NCBI GenBank assembly: GCA_963769425.1
Contig: CAVYLP010000006.1
Location: 288,001-352,000 of the forward strand
DNA length: 64,000 nucleotides
Origin: Candidatus Bathyarchaeota archaeon
GTDB taxonomy: Archaea; Thermoproteota; Bathyarchaeia; TCS64
Direction: 5' to 3'
Part shown: in pieces, positions 40,911 to 50,818 of the stretch
Layout: each line of letters starts with the position of its first letter
Numbering within the stretch: the first letter of the stretch is position 1
The notes under the pieces: generated by a model
Databases searched by the model: none
What the model saw: the letters and a program-made list of their open reading frames with translations, nothing else
Told to the model about the DNA's origin: nothing
Translations under genes and position numbers: made by a program

Positions 40911-41756
40911 ATGGTGAGGGACGAGGCTGAGGGAATGGAATCCGTGACAGTAGACCTTCGCCACGGCCTCGCTATAAGGGCGTACCCGGATAGGAGACCG
41001 GGGAACCTTGAGATAGCCGGGATACAGAAGGGCCTCATCCTCCTTAACGGAGGCGTTGAGCTCGTCGAGGAGGGGGCGGGCTTCGGGTTGCCCATCGCCA
41101 TATTCAGGGACAAGACGCTCTTCCCCGGATCAGCGACCTTGAGAGTCATCCAATATGAGCCCTACCCCATTATCGAGAAGACTTACGAGATGGACACTGT
41201 GTCGGTGAAGGTTCTAGGGGGGTCGAGGATTAGCGATGCCATCTACCACCCCGCTCACAGGGTCTTCAGCGCCTTGTACCTGACTCTAGGGAGCCTGAGA
41301 CTCGTTCTAAACAAGGTTATAGAGCTCAGAGACACGGCGGGGGTCAAGACGAGCTTCCAGGCGACCGAACCGAGGGGAAGGGTAAAGGTACGCTACGCGA
41401 TCCACTGTGACCTTATCGAGGTCGAGGCGAAATCGGAGATGACTGCGGGATGCGATGAGCTGATCATGCTCAACGAGCAGGGCGCGTCAACCTTCAGGGT
41501 TTGTAGGGATGGGGACTCGACTCTAATCGACGACGACATCGGCGCCTGGCGGACTATGGATAGCCCGGAAGCGACGCTCTCATCACGAGATGAGTGGCTC
41601 TCGTTTACCGTTGAAAAGCCTAAGGGTATAATATTCAGGAGAGGGCGGGAGAGCGTGAGGGGAAAGCTCAGCTGGGCCGGTTTCAGCCTCTCCTTCGCGC
41701 CAATCACCCAATACGATACACCATCAGGGTCAAGAGCCGAGAGCCTCACTGCATAG
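40911..41756 (+). CDS. Hypothetical protein (beta-rich, GxEL.EEG.GFG.P motif)
   Basis: Long ORF divergent from the GT-C gene; NEQGA and WAG motifs; function not recognised. Confidence 0.65.
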   Translation: MVRDEAEGMESVTVDLRHGLAIRAYPDRRPGNLEIAGIQKGLILLNGGVELVEEGAGFGLPIAIFRDKTLFPGSATLRVIQYEPYPIIEKTYEMDTVSVKVLGGSRISDAIYHPAHRVFSALYLTLGSLRLVLNKVIELRDTAGVKTSFQATEPRGRVKVRYAIHCDLIEVEAKSEMTAGCDELIMLNEQGASTFRVCRDGDSTLIDDDIGAWRTMDSPEATLSSRDEWLSFTVEKPKGIIFRRGRESVRGKLSWAGFSLSFAPITQYDTPSGSRAESLTA

Positions 41757-41760
41757 TTTT

Positions 41761-42552
41761 TTGAGGGGCGAAGCAGGTATCGGCTGTGATGAGCGCAATC
41801 GAGAACTTCCACCGCGTCAGAGGCTGATCCTCGCCGCCGAGGGGAAGCGGAGGGGGCTCAAGTGGGCGATGGGCGTCGCCCCCTTCGACGCCGTATACGG
41901 CACCCTGCTCCCCGTGCAGAAGACGAGGCTAAGCGAGATCGCAAGCGGCTTCTTCGAGCACATGATGAAGGAGGGTTCCGTCATCAGCATCGCCTACGCC
42001 TATCCACCCTACGCGATAGAGGCTATAGCTCAGGGGAGGGAGAAGGCATGGGACATGGACAGGTGGAACGTCTACGCACGCGCCTACATGAGGCTCAACA
42101 AGGCCCTCAACGAGACGTCGGCGCTCATCGCGAAGGAGTTCGGCGGCATAGCGATACCCGCCACCGTGGAGGGCCTCTCCTCTCAGGTGAGCCACGTCGA
42201 GCAGTATTACGCCCAGCGCGTCAGCCACCGCGTCGCGGCGGAGTTGAGCGGCGTCGGCTGGAGGGGGAAGAACGAGCTGATAGTTAACCCCCGATTCGGC
42301 TGTGCCATAAGGCTCGCCTCCGTCCTCACCACCGTCCCCATAACAAGGACGCCGCCCAGCAAGCAAGGTTGCGGGGAGTGTCGCGCCTGCTTCGACAAAT
42401 GCAGGTTCCTTGATAACAAGAGTAAACTAGACAATTACAGGGAGCAATGCCGCAGGTATCTAGTCTACCTCAACCTCGAGGACGAGGTCTGCGGGAAGTG
42501 CATAAAGGCGTGCTTAAAAGAGAGCCTATACGCGGGTCAGTTCAACCTCTGA
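41761..42552 (+). CDS. Epoxyqueuosine reductase (QueG)/reductive dehalogenase-like Fe-S protein
   Basis: SHRVAAELSGVGWRGKN.L...P.FG..IRL.SVLT, CGECRAC...C and CGKCIKAC motifs. Start uncertain. Confidence 0.8.
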   Translation: MRGEAGIGCDERNRELPPRQRLILAAEGKRRGLKWAMGVAPFDAVYGTLLPVQKTRLSEIASGFFEHMMKEGSVISIAYAYPPYAIEAIAQGREKAWDMDRWNVYARAYMRLNKALNETSALIAKEFGGIAIPATVEGLSSQVSHVEQYYAQRVSHRVAAELSGVGWRGKNELIVNPRFGCAIRLASVLTTVPITRTPPSKQGCGECRACFDKCRFLDNKSKLDNYREQCRRYLVYLNLEDEVCGKCIKACLKESLYAGQFNL

Positions 42553-42624
42553 GCCCCACTTTTCCCGCCTCTAAAACGTCGGGTTCATAAACGATTTTTC
42601 CCGAAAAGTACACGGCGCATAAAA

Positions 42625-43041
42625 TTGGAGAACGTTCCCGGTCTGCAGGAGAGCTTCAAGAGGGCACGAGTTGTATTCCTCACGACCTTCTCGGAGGATG
42701 GCGAGCCACACGTCAGGCAGATGACAAACCTCAACGAGGACCCGTACAAGATGATGTGGTTCACGAGCTACACGAAGTCGAGGAAGATGGAGGACGTCAA
42801 GAAGAACACGCGGGTAGTCATCGCCTTCCCCGCCGCCGAGAGGGGGAGCTTCTACGAGATCGAGGGAAAGGCAGAGTTGGAGAGGCCCGAGGTGGTGGAG
42901 GAGAAGTGGGACTGGTGGTACCTGTACTGGCGCCCAGAGCAGGAGGACAGGTTTTGGTTCCCCCGCAGCGTTGGCCACCCTAACTGGTCCATAATAAATG
43001 TCTACCCGGACTCCGCGAGGGTCGTCAAGCAAAGGCCATGA
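42625..43041 (+). CDS. Pyridoxamine 5'-phosphate oxidase-like FMN/F420-binding protein (general stress protein 26-like)
   Basis: LTT...G.PHVR.M..WFTS...SRK..D.KKN..V pattern. Confidence 0.8.
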   Translation: MENVPGLQESFKRARVVFLTTFSEDGEPHVRQMTNLNEDPYKMMWFTSYTKSRKMEDVKKNTRVVIAFPAAERGSFYEIEGKAELERPEVVEEKWDWWYLYWRPEQEDRFWFPRSVGHPNWSIINVYPDSARVVKQRP

Positions 43042-43103
43042 AACCCTAAGCCCCCACGAGAATATTCGGAAAAAACTATAGATACAGAGACGGATCGTAC
43101 TGC

Positions 43104-43652
43104 ATGCCGCCCACAGCCATCAGGACGATCCGCCAGCAGATCTACTGGCAGTACGCCAAGATCATAGCCGAGTCATCGGGCATCGGCAAGGGGAGCTACG
43201 GATTCGTCATGGACCGCTTCAAGAAGCTCGACTCGGGAGAGATCGAATGGTCCACCTCGATACGGGAGTGGGTGCACGAGAGGGAGACGCCACGCCAGTG
43301 CATCTACTGCGGCGCCACGGAGAACATCACGACCGACCACCTCATACCCCGCTCTAGGGGAGGCCCGGACCACCCCGACAACGCCATCTGGAGCTGCATG
43401 AGCTGCAACGCGAAGAAAGGCTCGAAGAGGCTCTACGAGTTCTACGGCCTTGAGAACCGGAACAAGATCCCGCGCCTCGCCGAGGGGAAGTATCTGAAGC
43501 TTCTCTACACCGAGCTCGAGAAGAGGGGAGTCCTCGACACAGACGTGAGCCACATCGCGGAGATCTGCGCCAAGTGCGATCTAGGTAAGATCTGCCCCGA
43601 GAAGGAGAAGCTCACCGTATACTGCCTCGAGGGCATATTCACGAAGCCCTAG
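43104..43652 (+). CDS. HNH endonuclease domain protein
   Basis: CIYCG...T.DHLIPRSRGG.D...N....C.SCN.KKG motif. Confidence 0.88.
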   Translation: MPPTAIRTIRQQIYWQYAKIIAESSGIGKGSYGFVMDRFKKLDSGEIEWSTSIREWVHERETPRQCIYCGATENITTDHLIPRSRGGPDHPDNAIWSCMSCNAKKGSKRLYEFYGLENRNKIPRLAEGKYLKLLYTELEKRGVLDTDVSHIAEICAKCDLGKICPEKEKLTVYCLEGIFTKP

Positions 43653-44006
43653 AACGTTACTATCCTGTCTGCTTCCTTCACCCAGTTGGCTAGGATCATC
43701 ATGGTGCCCCTCTGGGTGCCTTCGACCATTTCCTCGTCCTTTGATGCCCCTCGACTTGAGGCAGGTCCCGCAGAGCTTCACCTCGACCCCCTTCGTGGCG
43801 AGGTCACCGAGCATCTTCTCGAGGTTGTAGTAGCCTTCTGGGGTGATCTGCCCCCTCTTGGCAGCCCCCACGGCGTCGCCCATGAGGAAGACCCTGACCT
43901 GCATCCCGATCTCGGCTGTGACCGACGCGCCAGCGAGTCGGAGGGCGTTCCACGTCTTCTCGCCCCCGTAGGGGGCGTCGTTCGCGATTATCAGTAGCTT
44001 GACCAT
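43649..44006 (-). CDS. DsrE/YchN family protein (apparent +1 frameshift near 43740)
   Basis: NDAPYG.E...NALRLA..FLMGDAV..CGTC..RG. The C-terminus LANWVKEADRIVTF is in a shifted frame. Confidence 0.88.
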
Positions 44007-44046
44007 GCCTGAATGGGCGCGTCATGCCCCTAAAACTGTGACGGGT

Positions 44047-44799
44047 CTACTTCCGGCCCACGAAGAGGGTTATCATCTCGTCGTTCCGGATCGGGGCGTC
44101 GCCGCTCTCCTTCTTCCATTTCTTCAGGTCCGCGACCCCCTTTTCCAGCCCTTGCTTGCTGATGGGGCGGAACATGCTCCACAGCTTCTTCTCAGCGATC
44201 TCGATGAACTCGTCCGCGGACTGGTATCGCTCCATGTTGTAGGGGTAGACCTCGGTGAGGCGGAAGCCCGCGTTCGCGAAGTAGGTCTTGAAGGCCTCGT
44301 CGCTCGGGTAGGCGTCTAGCTGGCTCTGCCTTATCTCGGGGAAGAACTTGAAGACGACCTTGGAGTTGATCTGGGCGTGGCCGATTGTATGGGCGATCTT
44401 CGCTCCTCCCCGCCTGAGTATGCGGCAGCACTCCGTCGCAGCCGCCTGCTTGTCGACAACGTGGTGCCAGACCTGGGCGGCGTAGACGAGGTCGAAGACG
44501 TCGCCTCGGAAGGGCATGTGCTCCGCTACGGACTGGAGGACGGGTAGGTCGGGGGTCTTCTCCCGTGCCTGCTTGAGCATCCCGATGGCGGGGTCGAAGC
44601 CGACGACTGTCGCGTGGGTCCGCTCCCTGATCCCTAGGCCGTAGTTGCCCGTCCCGCACCCCATGTCGATGACGAGTGAGCCCGAGTCGAGGCGCGCGAG
44701 CCTCTCCGCCTCCCCAGCCCAGAACCAGATGTCCTCGCTGACGCGGCCCCTGTCGTAGTCGCTGCTCACCTTGTTGAAGTGTGGGTTGCTTACGGCCAT
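44047..44799 (-). CDS. Class I SAM-dependent methyltransferase
   Basis: IDMGCGTG, AEHMPF...FD and HH motifs. Confidence 0.9.
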   Translation of the reverse strand: MAVSNPHFNKVSSDYDRGRVSEDIWFWAGEAERLARLDSGSLVIDMGCGTGNYGLGIRERTHATVVGFDPAIGMLKQAREKTPDLPVLQSVAEHMPFRGDVFDLVYAAQVWHHVVDKQAAATECCRILRRGGAKIAHTIGHAQINSKVVFKFFPEIRQSQLDAYPSDEAFKTYFANAGFRLTEVYPYNMERYQSADEFIEIAEKKLWSMFRPISKQGLEKGVADLKKWKKESGDAPIRNDEMITLFVGRK

Positions 44800-44891
44800 G
44801 CCAGTAGATGCGCGGCTCGATGGGATAAAATGTTAGGGTATGCCTCTCATCCAAACATTAATATTTTAATCTGGTAGCTTCCTGTTGTCGG

Positions 44892-44968
44892 GCCGCCGTA
44901 GCTTAGTCAGGTGGAGCGTCTGGCTGTTAACCAGTTGGTCAACGGTTCAAGTCCGTTCGGCGGCGCCA
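44892..44968 (+). tRNA. tRNA-Asn(GTT)
   Basis: GCCGCCG/CGGCGGC acceptor, CTGG-CTGTTAA-CCAG anticodon arm, TTCAAGT T-loop, encoded CCA. Confidence 0.95.
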
Positions 44969-45058
44969 CATTTTAAAAAGGAATGGTTTATAGCCACAGA
45001 TATCCGTTTCAAGTAACTAAGTTTCAGAAAATCTGACACAGGAGTATGTGAGCGGTGG

Positions 45059-47042
45059 ATGGACCTTATTCTTCTTTCACTCTTCGTGGGCGCCGTCGCA
45101 TTGGCGTTCGTCGCTTACTTAGCTTGGTCTATTATCCGTGAGCCCGCTGGCACGCCTGAGATGATGCGGATCGCCGCGGCGATCGAGGACGGGGCACGCG
45201 TCTACCTCCGCAGACAGAACATGACAATCGCGGCGGTGACGGCCCTCGTCGCCATTCCCATAGCCTTCTACTACCATGACCTGAGGGTCATCGGCGCCTT
45301 CGTCGCAGGGGCCGCTCTCAGCCTCCTCAGCGCATACATTGGTATGATGGTGGCGGTCAAGGCAAACGTTCGGACGACGAACGCAGCTAAAACCTCGACT
45401 GCTAAGAGCTTCCTCATCGCCTTCAGGGGCGGAGGCGTCATGGGTCTGCTCGTTACGGGCCTCAGCCTCATCGGGGTCAGCGTACTCCTCATGATATTCA
45501 AGGACCCCAACCTCATTATCACCTACGGTTTCGGCTCTAGCTTAACGGCGCTTTTTGCACAGCTCGGCGGAGGCATATTCACGAAGGCGGCGGACATCGG
45601 CGCCGACCTAGTCGGTAAGGTGGAGCACAGGATACCCGAGGACGACCCTCGGAACCCCGCCGTGATCGCCGATCAGGTCGGCGACAACGTCGGCGACTGC
45701 GCGGGCAGGGGTAGTGACCTCTTCCAGACGCTCAGCGACGACTACATCACGGCGATGCTCCTCGCCTCGATCGTCCTCAGCGTCACGGGCATAAACGGCC
45801 TCGTCTACCCCCTCATGCTCGGTGCGACTGGGATAATCGCGACGATAGTCGGCATCTTCCTCACCCGCCAGTGGAGGGGGATAAAGCCAATCAGCGCCTT
45901 CAACGTCGGGCTCATCTCCTCCGCGGGGATCTGCATAGTCGGCGCATACATCGCCACGATGAACCTCCTCGGCGACATCAACATCTTCTACTGCGTCGTC
46001 GGCGGCCTCCTCGCGAGCCTCGCCACGGGGCTCGTCGTCCAGTTCTACATCGGGATAAACAGCGACCCCATCAAGAAGGTGGCGGCCAGCTGCGAGTACG
46101 GCTCTGCCATAAACATAATCACGGGCCTCGGCTACGCGCTGCAGGCCCCCTTCATACCCTTCCTATGCGTCGCAGCCGTCATCTACTTCGCCTTCGGCAT
46201 CACGGGCTCAATCTTCGGCGTCGTCGGCGTCAACCTCGGCACCGACCTCGCCATAGGCATCATCATGTCGAGCGACACCTTCGGCCCCATCAGCGACAAC
46301 GCTCAGGGCATAGCGGAGATGTCGGGGATGGCCGAGAACGCCGACTCCCTCGTGGAGCTCGACTCGATGGGCAACACGACGAAGGCGTTCACGAAGGCCT
46401 TCGCCACCCTCAGCGGCACAGTCTCCACGGTCGTCATCTTCGCCACCTACAGCCATCTCGGCGGGCTCACGAACGCAACCATCGGACTCCTCAGCCCCGT
46501 CTTCATAGTAGGACTCCTCCTCGGTGGCGTTGTACCCTTCCTCTTCTCAGCACTCATCATCGGCGCCACGGCCGAGTCCGCCTACAAGATGGTCGAGGAG
46601 GTCCGCAAGCAGTTCAACGAGAGGCCCGGGATACTGGAAGGGAAAGGAGCTGCCCGATTACCGGCGATGCGTCGACATAGCGACTAAGGACGCGCTCAAG
46701 AAGATGATCGCGCCCGGGCTTCTGGCCATGATCGCCCCCATAGCGGTGGGGCTCATCCTAGGGAAGTACGCCCTCGCAGCGATGCTGCTCGGCAGCCTAG
46801 TCACCTCCGCGCTCCTCAGCCCCTTCTTCACCTTCGGCGGAGGCATCTGGGACAACGCGAAGAAGCACATCGAGAGGGAGTTCTGGATGAAGGGAACCCC
46901 GGCACACGCGGCCGCCGTAACGGGGGACACCGTCGGCGACCCACTCAAGGACGTCGCTGGGCCGAGCCTCAACATCTTCATGAAGCTGACGAACATGACG
47001 GCGCTGCTTCTGGTGCCGCTGCTGCTCCTGCTCTCAGCGTAG
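45059..47042 (+). CDS. hppA: Membrane-bound ion-translocating pyrophosphatase, K+-independent type (apparent +1 frameshift near 46645)
   Basis: GGIFTKAADIGADLVGKVE..IPEDDPRNP, GDNVGD, GPISDNA, GNTTKA, WDNAKK and GDTVGDPLKD motifs. Confidence 0.93.
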
Positions 47043-47052
47043 GTATTTGGGG

Positions 47053-47550
47053 TCAGTGGAGCCCGATCATCGCCCCGTAACCGGAGTAGACCCTCTGAAC
47101 CAGCTCACCGGCCTTGGGGTTGTTCCAGTCATGCATCCACTCCGACACCACAGTCTCCAAGGTGATGGGGACGACGCCCACCTGAAGCATCCTCTCGACC
47201 CCATACCTGTGGGCATCGGGGGTCGAGTCTCCGGCGGCGTCGATTAGCCCGTAGACGTCGTAGCCCAATTTGAGGGCGTGGATTGCAGTGTATGCGAAGC
47301 ACATGCTCGTCCAGAGCCCCGAGACGACGACCTTCTGCCTGTTGGTCGCCCTCACAGCGCCCAGAGTGCCTTCATCCTCGAAGGCGTCAAAGCTGGGAAC
47401 CTTGCGCGCGAAGACCTGCTGGCCCGGGAAGAGCTCGGTTATCTCAGGGACGACGTCACCATTCATCTTCGGGTTTATTGATGAGAGGACGACGGGTATC
47501 CCGAGTATCTTCGCTGCCCTCGCTCCAAATAATCGGGGCTGCACCCCCAT
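47053..47550 (-). pseudogene. YcaC-like isochorismatase/cysteine hydrolase with the N-terminus apparently deleted
   Basis: GLWTSMC, GYDVY..DAAG and EWMHDW motifs are present. The N-terminal strand carrying the catalytic Asp is missing. Confidence 0.6.
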
Positions 47551-47591
47551 ACCCTATACGAACTCTTTTAACGCCCTGCCAGTCAACGAGA

Positions 47592-48395
47592 TTGAATCGA
47601 GTCTTGCTGGATGCCATCCTCATCCTGAAGATCGCCATCGCCCCGTTGCTGATCCTCGCGGCGAGCTTCGCGGAGTACCGCTGGGGACACACGGTGAGCG
47701 GCTGGATCGTGGGGCTCCCCCTGACCTCGGCGCCCGTCATCCTCCTCCTCGCCCTCGAGCAGGGGAGCGGCTTCGCCGCGGCGTCGGCCCAGGGCGCACT
47801 GCTCGGCCTCGTCTCACTCTCCGCCTTCTCCCTCGCCTACAGCCTCCTCTCGCTCCGCCGACGACTCGGCTGGCTCCCGTCGATGCTGCTGGGCTGGGGA
47901 ATATACTTCGTCTCGTCGTTCGTCCTCGAGTATCGCCTCCGTGCCCATTGTGGTTGCCTTCGTCGGCGTCGTAGCTGTGGCTGCTCATCGTGGCGAGGGC
48001 CTTCCCGGTGGTGGACACCCCCGAGAAAACGACTTCGAGTGGCTCAACCTGGAGCGACGTCATCATCAGGATCGTGGGGGCAGTGGCCCTGATCTTCGCC
48101 ATCACCGAGTACGCCCCGTCGCTGGGGGCGACGCTGAGCGGTCTGCTCACCCCTTTCCCCATCTACACGAGCGTAATGGTTTCCACAATACACCGCAGGC
48201 AGGGCGTCGCCTCCGCCTCGCAGTTCGTACGCGGGGCCGACTCTCAGCCTCTTCACCCCAGCGGTCTTCTGGCTCATGGTCGGCTCGACGATAGTCGCCT
48301 GGGGCATCGGCGCGTCGTACGCCCTAGCCATCGTGGCCGCCCTCGTTCTCCACTGGGCGCTGTTCAAGGCGCTGAGAAGACGAGGACCTACTTGA
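47592..48395 (+). CDS. Multi-pass membrane protein with an internal duplication (two apparent +1 frameshifts, near 47934 and 48239)
   Basis: Repeated G..(V/L)SG..(GLP/PFP) motif in both halves. The frame is restored by removing one base at each site. Confidence 0.7.
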
Positions 48396-49390
48396 GGCCG
48401 GTGAAGTGCTCCCACCCGCCCTTGCCGACGGGCTTCTCGACGCCATCCTCCACGTAGACGATCTTACGATCCTTCGTGACGACGCCTAGCTCGATGAGGT
48501 CCGCCCCGGCACCTCGCAGCGCCTTCCTCGCCTCATCGACCATGTCGGGCTTGACGGTGAAGACCAGCTCGTACTCCTCCCCGCCGTAGAGGGCGAGGGC
48601 CGCCCTGTCGAGGTTGTGTAAGCTCGGCGAACTTCTCCGCGTCCCTCGTGAGGGGAACGTTTGTGAGCCTGAAGCCGTTGCCGCTGCTCTTCTGGAGGTC
48701 GTGCAGGCTGACGGCGAGGCCGTCGCTTGAGTCCATGCTGCTTGTGGCAGCGCCCGAGGCGGCGAGGGCGATACCGGCGTTGACCCTCGCCCGAGGCATG
48801 TAGACGGATTCGACAAGTCGATCCCTGAGTGCCTTCGGAGCCTCCGCGCCCTCTAGGAGTATCTTGAACCCGGCGGTGGTGTTGCCGAAGCCCCCCGTCG
48901 TCGCGAGCACGTCCCCCGGCTTCGATGTGCTACGTAGGACGAGCCGCCGCTCCTCGGCGAGGCCGTAGGCCATCCCCGAGATTATGATGTCGCAGGCCTC
49001 GTTCGTGTCCCCGCCCACCATGTAGCCACCGTACTCTCGGGCGCCGGACTCGAAGCCCTTCGCGATGTCTTCCACCCAGTCAACCGGTGTGGTGCTTGGG
49101 GCACCAAGTGCGGCGAGGAAGGCGAGGGGTTTGACGCCCTTTGAGCCGAGGTCGCTGAAGTTCATGACAACGGCCTTGCGCCCCGCCTGGAAAGGGGTCA
49201 TCCCGGCGGGTATGTCGGTCTTCCAGACTAACATGTCCGTCTTGAGGATGACGGCGCGTCCGTCGCCGAGGCTGACGGCGTTCACATCGTCCCAGTTTGG
49301 CACGGGCATCCCCGGCATGAGAGTCAGGTGCCTCATTATTCGGCTGATGAGCTCCCGCTCCCCGATCTCGGCGATGGTGGACAAGGGCAT
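48388..49390 (-). CDS. thiL: Thiamine-monophosphate kinase (apparent +1 frameshift near 48620)
   Basis: IGE..LI, DD, N.SDL..KG, GGDT and MDSSDGL motifs; GGEEYELVFT and GWEHF lie in the shifted frame. Confidence 0.92.
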
Positions 49391-49489
49391 CGTTCTCGTC
49401 TAGGGTTGTCCCCGTTATAACGATTGGGGGCTGATAAACGTCTTATACACCCATCCCTGAACGTTATAGAACGCTTGGTGAATGACTTG

Positions 49490-50642
49490 ATGCGCAAACC
49501 CCTCGAGGATATAAGGGTCGTCGACATGACCCACGTCTGGTTCGGGCCATGGTGCACCATGATGCTAGCGGACATGGGCGCTGAGGTCATCAGGGTTGAG
49601 CCCCCATGGGGCGCGATAGACAGGATAAGCGAGGGTATGCTCTACGGCGGGGCACCCTATACGTTCCACCACCTCAACCACAACAAGAAAGACCTCACAC
49701 TCAACCTCAAGAGCCCAGACGGGATGCGCCTCCTAAAGGAACTCATCAAGAAGAGTGATATCATCGTCCAGAACATGAGCGTCGGGCACTATGGAGAAGC
49801 TGGGCCTCGGATACGAGGAGCTGAAGAAGCTCAACCCAGGCATCGTCTACGCGGCGCTCAGCGGCTTCGGCCAGACGGGCCCCTACAAGAACAGAAACTG
49901 CTACGCCGTCTTCGCGGAGGCGATGAGCGGCCACACCAGGATGACGGGGGACGGCGTCGACCCGCAGGGTCCGCCGATCGAGATGGCGATGGCCCTCGGT
50001 GACACTCTTCCGGGCAGCCTCGCCGCCATGGCCATCCTTGGAGCCCTCCGCTACCGCGACAAGACCGGCTTAGGCCAGATGATAGACGTCGCCCAGCTCG
50101 ACTGCATGGTCGCCGTCAACCCGGGAATCACCGGCTACTTCCTAAGCGGGTTAACCAACTGGGAGATGAGGAAGAAGTACCCTACCGGCGGCATCGGAGG
50201 CATATTCAAGGCGAAGGACGGCGGCTACGTCCGCGTGGGCGCCTTCAGTCCCAGCGCACTCGAGAACATGAAGAACTTCCTGAAAGTCGAGGAGCCAACG
50301 AAGGAGGACTGCGAGAAGTACATCGCCACGAAGAACAGGGACGAAGCGGTCGAGGAGTTGGTCGCGGCGGACCTTCCCGCGTCCCCTATCTACCAGATCG
50401 ACGAAACGGTCAAGGACCCCCACCTCGCGGCGCGCGGCATGTTCATAGACCTCGACCACCCTCTCGCGGGCAAAGTCCGGACGGTGAATAACCCGATAAA
50501 GTTCAGCCTCACCCCCGTAGAGAGGAAGACTGCGGCCCCGACCTTAGGCCAGCACAGCAAGGAGATACTGAGCAGGATACTCGGTCTAAGCGAGGCCCAG
50601 ATCCAGGAACTCATAAACAACGGCGTCGTCGCATCCGTCTAG
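49490..50642 (+). CDS. CaiB/BaiF family (class III) CoA-transferase (apparent +1 frameshift near 49786)
   Basis: PLEDIRVVD..GP...LADMGAEVI.VE, N.NKK...LNLK, SGFGQTGP and APTLGQH motifs. Confidence 0.92.
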
Positions 50643-50689
50643 TCTCACCGATTTTCTTAAAAACAGGGGCTTCACCCGTATGGTGGAGT

Positions 50690-50765
50690 GGCCCGGTAGC
50701 TCAGCGGTCAGAGCGGCAGCCTCGTAAGTTGTAGGTCGCGGGTCCGAATCCCGCTCGGGCCTCCA
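50690..50765 (+). tRNA. tRNA-Thr(CGT)
   Basis: GGCCCGG/TCGGGCC acceptor, GCAGC-CTCGTAA-GTTGT anticodon arm, encoded CCA; T-loop TCCGAAT. Confidence 0.9.
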
Positions 50766-50818
50766 CTCTCTTCTCGAAACCCATTAAACGGAGCCAATGA
50801 AACATATCAGGGAAGCTC

